From the NCBI GenBank assembly GCA_043800725.1, contig JAZDMR010000009.1:26662-90661 (forward strand): a stretch of 64,000 nt of DNA. Direction: 5' to 3'. Source of the DNA: a bacterium (lineage in GTDB: Bacteria; Patescibacteriota; Patescibacteriia; HK-STAS-PATE-3). Below, piece after piece: positions 10,312-17,948 of the stretch. The translations under genes were made by a program, and so were the position numbers. The notes under the pieces are model-generated. The model saw nothing but the letters and a program-made list of their open reading frames with translations, had not been told where the DNA came from and made no database searches. The first letter of the stretch is position 1. Each line of letters opens with the position of its first letter.

Positions 10312-10496
10312 ATTAGAAAATGGATACAAAAAGAATGGTCTTCCGCCTCCGCGGGAGAGACAATGTGTTGATAATTACACTTAGGATTGTGCCTTGGCCA
10401 TCTTCCTGGACGTAATTAATCTATTCAGAACTCTTCTGCGAATTTTCGGCAGCAAGGAGTCTTCAACTTCACGACGATAGGCAAATGCCCTTTCAA

Positions 10497-10532
10497 CCCC
10501 CCTGTCTAAATTGATGGGGGGTGTTTTCTTTT
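10497..10532 (+). terminator. Rho-independent terminator hairpin (CCCCCC-13 nt-GGGGGG then TGTTTTCTTTT)
   Basis: Perfect 6-bp GC stem plus a T-run on the plus strand. No plus-strand protein-coding gene is upstream. Confidence 0.45.
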
Positions 10533-10687
10533 ATTCATTAATATTGTCGCGATATCGGTCAATAAAATATTATAATCAACCCGCCCTGTGCTTAAGACGC
10601 TGAGCAACGCGGGGAGTTATTATTAGACATGTAGTCAATTGGAGATTATCGGGTCAAGCCCGATAATTACAGGGCGGTGCGGATTAT

Positions 10688-11035
10688 TTAATTGGCTGAT
10701 AGTCCGGTTTTGTTTTCTATGTTACCTACTCGGTGGGTCAGCTCGACCAGCTCGAACCGATAGGCGGCTTGGTCCAGGCGGAGCTCTACTCCATCCAGGC
10801 GCTGTTCAACACCGTCCAAGCGCTGTTCAACAGTGTTTAATCTTAGATCAATAATATCAAATCGCTTATCAATTGCATCAAATCCTTGTTTTACATAACC
10901 AGCCAAATCTTCAATAGATTGAGCTATTCTGTCTATTTTAACCTCAAGACTATCTACCTTGGTGGCTAAATTATCTAAAGTTAGCTCGTCTTTCACTTTT
11001 TTATACCCTTTTTGCCACCATGATGTCATGGGCAT
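10688..11035 (-). CDS. Small coiled-coil protein (115 aa) with RLDGVEQ heptad-like repeats
   Basis: Repetitive LRLNTVEQRLDGVEQRLDGVELRLDQ segment. A truncated paralog lies at 13660..13860. Confidence 0.5.
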   Translation of the reverse strand: MPMTSWWQKGYKKVKDELTLDNLATKVDSLEVKIDRIAQSIEDLAGYVKQGFDAIDKRFDIIDLRLNTVEQRLDGVEQRLDGVELRLDQAAYRFELVELTHRVGNIENKTGLSAN

Positions 11036-11084
11036 ATGTTAACTTGCCACTTATCCATTGTCAATCAAGCAATTCTAACTTGAA

Positions 11085-12467
11085 TCAAAACGGAATATCA
11101 TCCAGGCTCTTGGCAACGCGATAACTATTGAATATCCCTTTCTTGAGTTTATTATCTTTTATAAATTTCTTTTGTTGCTGCTTTATTTCTTTTTTACTCA
11201 AGGTGTTCAAATCGGCTAAAGATTTTCTCGACGATTTAATAAATTTTTTATCCGCTTTAATTATTTCTTGATTAACTTTCAAGGCTAAATCATTTATACC
11301 TACTAGTTTAATGCCGTCCAGAGTCTTCACCCTAGAAAGCGCTACATAACCCATGCCGTATTCAAATGTTTTCCCTAAATCAATTTCTGCACAATCCAAA
11401 CTCATCCCCTGACTCTTATGAACCGTTATGGCCCAGGCTAACCTAAGGGGCACCTGGCTAATTGAGGAAATCACTCGACCATCATCTTCGATCACCCACC
11501 TTTCCGGTGTGGCAATAATTTTCTTACCCTGTACCGTTTCAACGATTGGATAGCCCTCTTCTTCATCAAAGCCTATTACCTTGCCTAGTGTGCCATTGAT
11601 ATACCCTTTGCTAAAATTATTTTTCACAAACATAACAACCGCACCTATTTTTAGCCTGAGTATTTCCGGAGCCAAACAATAACTATTTTTAAGGTTTTCA
11701 ACTAATTGCTGAACACCTTCTGAGTCCATCTGATAGTTAACCTCATCCTCTGTTAACTTACTAAGTTCAGAATTATTCTCAGCATCAACGTTTCTATTAT
11801 GAGTATATAATTTTGTTGGTTTTATATTGCCTTTTATTGATTCCTTAAACCTGGTATGTAAGATATCTACGGTCTCATCGGTTGTTTTATTCGATCGAAT
11901 ATCAGTTAACAGTTGCGAAAACTGCTCATCCTTTTGTCGGTGCTGTTCCTCTAGGTAACAAATCTTTATAGCCATATTATTCCAGATATCCGATTCAATA
12001 ACAAAACGACCATCTTCGTCTTTATGCTTTTTAACCGGTGGCAACTGGAATAAATCACCACACAAAATTATTTGAATACCTCCAAATGGCCGTAAGTCCT
12101 GCCGGAAAGCCTGACAAATAGTATTTACCAAATCCAAACGCTCCGCATTGAGCATGGAAATTTCATCAATTATCAAAACCTTAGCGTCTTCAATCCGTGA
12201 GGTCAGATATTCCTTTTCCCTCAAACTATTGATTTGCGCTTCATTCAAAATATTATTAATGCCCATACCGCACCAAGAATGAATGGTCCGACCGTTTAAA
12301 TGCGTGGCCGCCAAACCAGATGTGGCGGTAACTGCTATATCAATACCATTCCTCTTTAAATAACTAACATATTTATTTAGCAGATATGTTTTACCGCTTC
12401 CGGCGGGCCCAGTCAAAAAAACATTATGACCTAACTTGAGAATGTCTAGCGCCTCTTCTTGTTTCAT
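11085..12467 (-). CDS. Pif1/RecD-family (AAA_30) 5'-3' DNA helicase
   Basis: 460 aa. Walker A GPAGSGKTY, motif II LIIDEISML, Pif1-like LCGDLFQLPPV and C-terminal AITVHKSQGMSLD. Confidence 0.75.
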   Translation of the reverse strand: MKQEEALDILKLGHNVFLTGPAGSGKTYLLNKYVSYLKRNGIDIAVTATSGLAATHLNGRTIHSWCGMGINNILNEAQINSLREKEYLTSRIEDAKVLIIDEISMLNAERLDLVNTICQAFRQDLRPFGGIQIILCGDLFQLPPVKKHKDEDGRFVIESDIWNNMAIKICYLEEQHRQKDEQFSQLLTDIRSNKTTDETVDILHTRFKESIKGNIKPTKLYTHNRNVDAENNSELSKLTEDEVNYQMDSEGVQQLVENLKNSYCLAPEILRLKIGAVVMFVKNNFSKGYINGTLGKVIGFDEEEGYPIVETVQGKKIIATPERWVIEDDGRVISSISQVPLRLAWAITVHKSQGMSLDCAEIDLGKTFEYGMGYVALSRVKTLDGIKLVGINDLALKVNQEIIKADKKFIKSSRKSLADLNTLSKKEIKQQQKKFIKDNKLKKGIFNSYRVAKSLDDIPF

Positions 12468-12504
12468 GTTCTAATCTAGTATTAAAATTGCCTAATCTCA
12501 ACCC

Positions 12505-12537
12505 AAAACCCCCTAGACTAAATACCAAGGGGGTTTT
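12505..12537. terminator. Bidirectional rho-independent terminator (AAAACCCCCT-13 nt-AGGGGGTTTT)
   Basis: 10-bp stem flanked by an A-run and a T-run, directly downstream of the 12549..13121 gene stop. Confidence 0.6.
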
Positions 12538-12548
12538 ATCTACTTATT

Positions 12549-13121
12549 CTATTTCTTCTTCTTAGCCACCTTCTTGACTGTCTTTTTATTAGCTTTCTTG
12601 GGAATATTCTTTGTTTCCTCGGGCTTTTCTGAATCGGGCTTGGTAATAATTTCTTTGGTTGTAGATTCTTTCTTGGTCGCTCCTGGATCCAGTAAATCTA
12701 TTATCTTATCCAATTTGTTGCTTAGAGATTTCAGTTGTTCTGATATCTGTTTGTTCCCGACGCCTTCTCTGTCTCCGCCACCATGCCTTACTCCACCGCG
12801 CCGATCACCGGATCTGTCCTCTTTATTAAAACATTCACTGCAGTATATGGGTTTTCCGCTAGTTGGTCTAAATGGCACTTCACAGCTCTTGCCGCACTTA
12901 TCACAAGTTGCCGAGTACATTTGCCGATCACCTGATCTACCAAAACCACGATCTCCTGATCTGCCGTGATCGCGTCCGCCTGACCTTCCCTGGAATCTGT
13001 CTCCTTGTTGCTCAAAACATGAGCTGCATAAAACCGGCTTGCTGCCAGTCGGCTTAAACGGCACTTCACAGCTCTTGCCGCACTTGCTACAGGTTGCTTG
13101 AAACATTTTTTTATCGTACAT
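12549..13121 (-). CDS. Tandem zinc-ribbon (2x CxxC-x17-CxxC) protein with RGG/RSGDR-rich linkers and a Lys-rich C-terminal tail; probable nucleic-acid binder
   Basis: 190 aa. Two near-identical units (CSKCGKSCEVPFKPTGSKPVLCSSCF and CDKCGKSCEVPFRPTSGKPIYCSECF) are separated by GRSGDRGFGRSGDR repeats. The C-terminus is KKANKKTVKKVAKKKK. Confidence 0.55.
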   Translation of the reverse strand: MYDKKMFQATCSKCGKSCEVPFKPTGSKPVLCSSCFEQQGDRFQGRSGGRDHGRSGDRGFGRSGDRQMYSATCDKCGKSCEVPFRPTSGKPIYCSECFNKEDRSGDRRGGVRHGGGDREGVGNKQISEQLKSLSNKLDKIIDLLDPGATKKESTTKEIITKPDSEKPEETKNIPKKANKKTVKKVAKKKK

Positions 13122-13140
13122 TATTTATTAAATTAGTTAT

Positions 13141-13515
13141 TTATGCTTCTTCTTCATTTTTAAAAACATACAAATTCCTTGCTTCTTTAAAATTATCTAG
13201 TATATTTTCTATTATTTTATCAATCTTATTTGCCTTATTGCGATCCTCTTTAAGTGTCCCGGAATCTCTTGAATTTAATACACCAATATTTAGAGCAACT
13301 AATTCCTGCCACATTCTAAAAAAGTCTTCTCGGGATAAAAGCGCAAATTCAGATTCAGACTCAGTTACTTCTTCAATTGAATTTAATATATCGTATACCT
13401 CATCCCATTCTTGTTTATCAGCACTTGTTTTTAATTCTTCAAAATTGCTAATTAATGCAGTTTTTTCTGTTTTAGTTTCTGGCGGCTGTAGCCCCTCTGA
13501 TATTTCTCTTAACAT
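13141..13515 (-). CDS. Hypothetical acidic protein (124 aa)
   Basis: Glu/Asp-rich and predicted helical. No motif recognised. Confidence 0.4.
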   Translation of the reverse strand: MLREISEGLQPPETKTEKTALISNFEELKTSADKQEWDEVYDILNSIEEVTESESEFALLSREDFFRMWQELVALNIGVLNSRDSGTLKEDRNKANKIDKIIENILDNFKEARNLYVFKNEEEA

Positions 13516-13659
13516 GTCTTTATCTTTTAATAATTAATATACTATTACTATTATTACACCCCTATCCTACACCAAATCTGTTCCTATTGTAAATGATAAA
13601 GGAAGTCTAGCGCAGACTCATTGGAGATTCTTTGTTCTGTCGTACGTCGGAACTCAGAT

Positions 13660-13860
13660 TTACAGCCCGACCTTATTTTCTATTATATCAACCCTATGAG
13701 TCAGCTCAATCATTTCAAATCGACAAGCGACTTGATTTAAACGTAATCGCATCTCATCTTGGTTTAGCTCTAACCTATCAAGACGTCCCTCAATACCACT
13801 GAATCGACCATCAATATCCTTGAATCGCTCTTCAACACCATAAAAACCCTGTTTGACCAT
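13660..13860 (-). CDS. 5'-truncated paralogous copy of the 10688..11035 coiled-coil gene (66 aa; possibly a remnant)
   Basis: Its C-terminus ACRFEMIELTHRVDIIENKVGL aligns with AYRFELVELTHRVGNIENKTGL of the 115-aa protein. The upstream in-frame sequence encodes …LARSIEDLAF, homologous to IAQSIEDLAG, but is interrupted by stops. The downstream flank is also similar. Confidence 0.4.
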   Translation of the reverse strand: MVKQGFYGVEERFKDIDGRFSGIEGRLDRLELNQDEMRLRLNQVACRFEMIELTHRVDIIENKVGL

Positions 13861-14095
13861 AAATGCTAAATCCTCAATAGACCTAGCTAAGTCTTTTTAT
13901 TGTTACCTCTTTTTCATTATCCTCATTCCTTTTTGCTACCTATGCATCATGTTTATAGATTAGCCTGGTTAAATATTATTATTAATTTTGAACCGACTAT
14001 TTTATTAATTCATTCCAAATCAAGCCGAGGGCATGCTTGACAATTTCAAAATTACTTGATACTTTTTGATGTTTATGAGAGCTTTTTAAGGTACC

Positions 14096-14443
14096 TTGAA
14101 AATTCTAAGTCACTTGACTGCTGGACTTGAAAGAGGAGGAATGTGCATGTCATATAGTCTTAGTAAACGAGTTTGGAACCGTGCTGATGAGTCTGTGGGT
14201 CACGATCTGTCCAAGACTTGTTATATTGGTTTGGTTAGCGGTCTGACTGTTTATGGATTGATTATTGCCACGGTCATTGCCGGCATTGCTATGTACTGTC
14301 CTTCAAACAGTGTTTGGCTTGTTCTGGGTTCGGGTCTGGGTATTTCCTTACTTGGAATCTTGGTTATCCTGGGCAGTGATATCTGGCTGGCTTCCATGAG
14401 TGGATATACCATAATGATTTTTGGTCTGGGTATGATAAGATGA
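14096..14443 (+). CDS. Small polytopic membrane protein (115 aa as listed)
   Basis: 3 predicted TM helices. The likely true start is the internal ATG at 14147, which is preceded by AGAGGAGG. Confidence 0.45.
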   Translation: MKILSHLTAGLERGGMCMSYSLSKRVWNRADESVGHDLSKTCYIGLVSGLTVYGLIIATVIAGIAMYCPSNSVWLVLGSGLGISLLGILVILGSDIWLASMSGYTIMIFGLGMIR

Positions 14444-14814
14444 TCTTGGTGTCAACAGCTGGCGCAACTCTAGTCATAGCCCTCATCGGCATAATAATTC
14501 CGTTCGCGATATATGGCTTGGGCGGATTCTTGATTAATGTGCTTCTTGTTTCGGTCATGGTCCGGCTTAGACAGATAGTTATTGCCTTCACTATTTTCGA
14601 TGGATCGATCTGGTACATGAAGTATATTGAGTATGGCGCGGTTCTACTTCTCACTCTCTACATTGTTAACAATTGGAAACGTGCCATGAACCTTCCACGC
14701 ACAATCGAAAATGCCATGGATTGCGCTCTGGCAAACCTTCTGGATGTTTTCAATCTGATCTATACTTTACTGCGCTTTACAGGTTCCCGGATAACATCCC
14801 TGGTGCGTAGGTAG
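14440..14814 (+). CDS. Small polytopic membrane protein (124 aa)
   Basis: Start overlaps the stop of the previous gene (ATGA). 3-4 TM helices. Followed by a terminator. Confidence 0.45.
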   Translation: MILVSTAGATLVIALIGIIIPFAIYGLGGFLINVLLVSVMVRLRQIVIAFTIFDGSIWYMKYIEYGAVLLLTLYIVNNWKRAMNLPRTIENAMDCALANLLDVFNLIYTLLRFTGSRITSLVRR

Positions 14815-14843
14815 TTCACATGTTCATTAAATCCTCTATATCA

Positions 14844-14884
14844 AACACCCTTTGTTTTAAATGATAAAGGGTGTTTTTATTTAT
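14844..14884 (+). terminator. Rho-independent terminator (AACACCCTTT-13 nt-AAAGGGTGTT then TTTATTTAT)
   Basis: 10-bp stem plus a T-run immediately after the 14440..14814 gene. Confidence 0.55.
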
Positions 14885-14911
14885 CCTAATTCTTAACCTA
14901 TCACCAAATAA

Positions 14912-15091
14912 CTATTGTCCTAAGAACTTGAACAGCTCATAAACCAGAAATACCGGCCAGACTATGGCTTTGAGAAAACCCAAAACGCCAACCCAAAAAG
15001 AGCCGGCTTCACTTATGAAATATACTGCCGCACCGATTAAGCCTAATCCGTAAATGGCTCCGCCTGGTGCACCATCACTTACTTTGCTCAT
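14912..15091 (-). CDS. Possible 59-aa glycine-zipper membrane peptide (below the ORF-track cutoff)
   Basis: Hand-translated as MSKVSDGAPGGAIYGLGLIGAAVYFISEAGSFWVGVLGFLKAIVWPVFLVYELFKFLGQ. There is no clear SD. It lies in an otherwise empty 480-bp spacer. Confidence 0.2.
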   Translation of the reverse strand: MSKVSDGAPGGAIYGLGLIGAAVYFISEAGSFWVGVLGFLKAIVWPVFLVYELFKFLGQ

Positions 15092-15298
15092 ATTTTAATC
15101 TATAATTAATAGTGAATACTTCTTAATCATAATAGCTCCAACTGAATTTAAATTCAAACAGCAATCTATTATAATTTCTGTCATGTTATAAAAAAAACAG
15201 GACATGATCTAGCTTCAAGGGAAGGTTTATCTTCCATCAAAGTAGATTCATGTCCTGATTAGGTGCTGGGTTTAATCTTTGATCTTCTGGTATCCCTG

Positions 15299-16474
15299 TT
15301 AGGCTGCTTTTACCCGTTTTAATGCCCTGCTCCCTGGAGGGTTCAGGCCAGCCAGTTTCGGAAGCACGAATAGGCCGTCTTTACGAACCAGTACGCCATC
15401 AAACCAGATCTCGCCTCCTCCGGCCGACTTTCGCTGGTCGCAAACAATGTCCCAGTGGATGCTTGAATGGTTACCGTTAGGAGCCATTTTATAAGCATTA
15501 CCAGGAGTCAGGTGGAATGTTCCTCCAACCTTTTCATCGAACAGCGTATCGCCCACTATTCGGGTAATATCCCAATTTATACCCAGAGCAAATTCTCCAA
15601 AGCGACGGCTGCCTTCGTCAGTATCCAGCATTATATTCATATTTATTTCATTGCCGGTCTGACAAGTGGCTTTGATAATCCGACCGTTATTAATCTCAAA
15701 TCGAATGTTGCCGTATGCTTCACCGTTCTTGGCAACGGAAGTGGTGTTGTACTGAATTGTGCCATTAGCAGAATCCAGCACCGGAGCAGTGTAAATTTCG
15801 CCGTCCGGTTTGTTTCGTTTTCCCACGCAAGGAACTACCGGAATACCTTTAATGCTGAAAGTAAGATCTGTGCCCGGACCGACAATCCGAACTTGGTCAG
15901 TTTTTTCCATTAGCTTAACCAACGGACCGACCGCTTTTACCATGGCAGGGTAGTCTGCCAAGACTGCTTTAAAAAAGAACTCCTCGGCCTCAACCTTGGG
16001 TATGCCCATCATCTGGGCAAAGCTATCGGTGGGCCAACCGGTCAGCACCCAGCGCGAATGATCAATTTGTTCAGGCAGGCACATACCATTAAGTATGCTA
16101 CTGACTCTCTGTCGGATATCAGGCAAGACAGCCTTTGCTTCATAGGGGTTTTGAATACCCCGAATAACCAAGTTCACGTCAGAGCCTAAATACCTCAGGT
16201 ATTGAGACGCCGCCTCGATTCGCAAGCTGCGATCTGTGCAGGTTGCTCTGGATGCGGCCGTGATCGAATCGTCATGCAGCCAGGGATCCAGCATCACTCC
16301 GCCCGCCTTCTTTACCGCCTGGATGATTGCCAGGATCATTTGTTTGGGCACGCAAGTTGCTGCTTTTAAAAAGACTATATCGCCCTTCTTGACTCTGGTC
16401 GAATAGCCAACCAGACCCTCGGCCAACTTTACATATCTTGGATCCATCCTTCCCTCCTTTACTTGATTTGTCAA
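15299..16474 (-). CDS. M29-family aminopeptidase (AmpS/PepS-like)
   Basis: 391 aa. Overall similarity to thermophilic aminopeptidase T, for example the C-terminal HSSIHWDIV…GGGEIWFDGVLV. Markedly GC-richer than its neighbours. Confidence 0.6.
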   Translation of the reverse strand: MTNQVKEGRMDPRYVKLAEGLVGYSTRVKKGDIVFLKAATCVPKQMILAIIQAVKKAGGVMLDPWLHDDSITAASRATCTDRSLRIEAASQYLRYLGSDVNLVIRGIQNPYEAKAVLPDIRQRVSSILNGMCLPEQIDHSRWVLTGWPTDSFAQMMGIPKVEAEEFFFKAVLADYPAMVKAVGPLVKLMEKTDQVRIVGPGTDLTFSIKGIPVVPCVGKRNKPDGEIYTAPVLDSANGTIQYNTTSVAKNGEAYGNIRFEINNGRIIKATCQTGNEINMNIMLDTDEGSRRFGEFALGINWDITRIVGDTLFDEKVGGTFHLTPGNAYKMAPNGNHSSIHWDIVCDQRKSAGGGEIWFDGVLVRKDGLFVLPKLAGLNPPGSRALKRVKAA

Positions 16475-16635
16475 TCAGCGAACAACATCAATAACTTTCA
16501 TCCCCTCCAAAAAGATGACTTATTCAATGAATCGAACTTAGCAAGCAGATTAATAACAGTCAAGGTGAAACAACACGTAACCTAAAACGAGTCTACTTTG
16601 TAGACATGCGCAAGATGAAGTATTGATTGAACCGC

Positions 16636-16710
16636 TGGAGCGAGTAACGGGAATCGAACCCGTGTCTCGACCTTGGGAAGGTCACATAATAACCACTATA
16701 CGATACTCGC
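16636..16710 (-). tRNA. tRNA-Trp (anticodon CCA)
   Basis: Minus-strand 75 nt: GCGAGTA…GACCT-TCCCAAG-AGGTC…ACGGGTTCGATTCCCGT-TACTCGC-T-CCA. Cloverleaf with a 7-bp acceptor stem and T-loop TTCGATT. Confidence 0.75.
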
Positions 16711-16718
16711 AAAAACTA

Positions 16719-17504
16719 TTATTGATGATTATGCCTCTTATAAAAATTTATTATTTCCACAAATAAACCGTGCTTCTTTTCTGATTTCAGCGGCGAATGA
16801 TTCGTATCATGAACCCAATACAATTTTTTCTCCTGAGAAGCAACTTTTTCATAGATATATTCGGCACTATGCGGTTTGATCATGCTATCATGGAGCGAAT
16901 AGACCAGCATTACCGGCAAATTAATCCTTTTTATTTGCTCTCGACTAATCTTTAAAAATTCCATAAATCTTTTAAAGGCTCTCAGGGGCACTTCCAAATA
17001 ACCTCCGCTTAGTTGATACTCTGACTTATTTTTATCCTTTAGCCAATATTTTTTTACTGAAAATATAAACGGTAACGCTAGAGGAAGAATTATTTTTTTC
17101 CACCACTCGCCATAAATATATATGGGGGTAGCCAAGAGTACCAAGCCGGTAAACTTATGCTGTGAACGAATGGCTAAGTCCACCAGCAAATCTCCACCAA
17201 AAGAGTTGCCAACCAGCATTATATTGTCAGTGGTTTGTTCTAGCTTTTTTAACCCCTCATCTAGAGATTTTGCCCAATCATCAGTTGTGGTTTTTGCTAA
17301 ATCATGAACATTGGTGCCATGGCCCGCTAACCTTTTCACCAGGACTGTGGCGTTTTCTTTATTCAAAGCCGTGGCCAACTCGCTTAAATCATTAGTCGAG
17401 CCCGCCAATCCATGGGTCATTAATACGCCGGATCGTCCTCCCTGCAAATAAATATCCTGCGCGTTTTTGTTTATTTCCATTGTTTCTGCTTGACTTGTCT
17501 CCAC
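16719..17504 (-). CDS. Alpha/beta-hydrolase fold esterase/lipase
   Basis: 261 aa. Nucleophile elbow GNSFGG (GxSxG), HG oxyanion motif (MTHGLAGS) and a C-terminal His. Confidence 0.65.
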   Translation of the reverse strand: METSQAETMEINKNAQDIYLQGGRSGVLMTHGLAGSTNDLSELATALNKENATVLVKRLAGHGTNVHDLAKTTTDDWAKSLDEGLKKLEQTTDNIMLVGNSFGGDLLVDLAIRSQHKFTGLVLLATPIYIYGEWWKKIILPLALPFIFSVKKYWLKDKNKSEYQLSGGYLEVPLRAFKRFMEFLKISREQIKRINLPVMLVYSLHDSMIKPHSAEYIYEKVASQEKKLYWVHDTNHSPLKSEKKHGLFVEIINFYKRHNHQ

Positions 17505-17542
17505 TGTATTAGATATCCTACCTTTCGTTGGTTGGTAATCTT

Positions 17543-17618
17543 GCCGAAGTAGCTCAGCTGGCAGAGCAATGCTTTCGTAAAGCAGAGGTCGTGGGTTCGA
17601 TTCCCACCTTCGGCTCCA
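17543..17618 (+). tRNA. tRNA-Thr (anticodon CGU)
   Basis: 76 nt: GCCGAAG-TA-GCTC-AGCTGGCA-GAGC-A-ATGCT-TTCGTAA-AGCAG-AGGTC-GTGGG-TTCGATT-CCCAC-CTTCGGC-T-CCA. One A:G mismatch at the base of the anticodon stem. Confidence 0.75.
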
Positions 17619-17685
17619 ATCTATAATTTTTTAAGCTCTCGGAGCCTGTCTCCCACACTTGATGCGAAATAAGGGATGGGTCTTC

Positions 17686-17905
17686 GGTTCTCCGCCACAG
17701 ATTATTATTTAATAGCCTTTTTTGCGGATCAGCTTTCGGCTGAAAATCCGACCGATGTCTCCAAGGGCGGCTGACGATATAATGCTTTGCCTGCCTCGAA
17801 CACAAACTTTTGTAACTGCTTCAGGGTAAAGCAAAGGTCATAGGTTCTCCTCCACAGATAACTTTTTAATTAGCAAGGTCTGATCAGTCTTCTGCCCCAG
17901 ATAAA
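17686..17905. repeat. Three imperfect direct repeats of about 35 nt (GGTCnnnGGTTCTCCnCCACAGATAA) in the noncoding region downstream of tRNA-Thr
   Basis: Copies at about 17686-17722, 17838-17874 and 17875-17910, read directly from the sequence. Confidence 0.5.
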
Positions 17906-17948
17906 ATTACCACCTACGAAAAAGTGCTGGTATTTTTTATGCCTTATT

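Noticed and set aside
10380-10470. Possible SRP (4.5S) RNA, considered because of the sequence GTCCAGGAAGATGGCCAAGGCAC
   Set aside because: The resemblance to the SRP domain IV consensus is superficial. I could not form the required symmetric-loop helix with a complementary 3' strand or a GNRA tetraloop. This is left as an unassigned candidate sRNA region only.
12574-13069. Plus- and minus-strand ORFs (131, 93 and 61 aa) nested in the zinc-ribbon RGG gene
   Set aside because: These are alternative-frame artefacts of the GC-rich RGG/RSGDR repeat region. The 190-aa frame with duplicated CxxC units is the coherent one.
17554-17805. 83-aa minus-strand ORF
   Set aside because: It overlaps the tRNA-Thr gene and the repeat tract. 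There is no SD and the composition is implausible.
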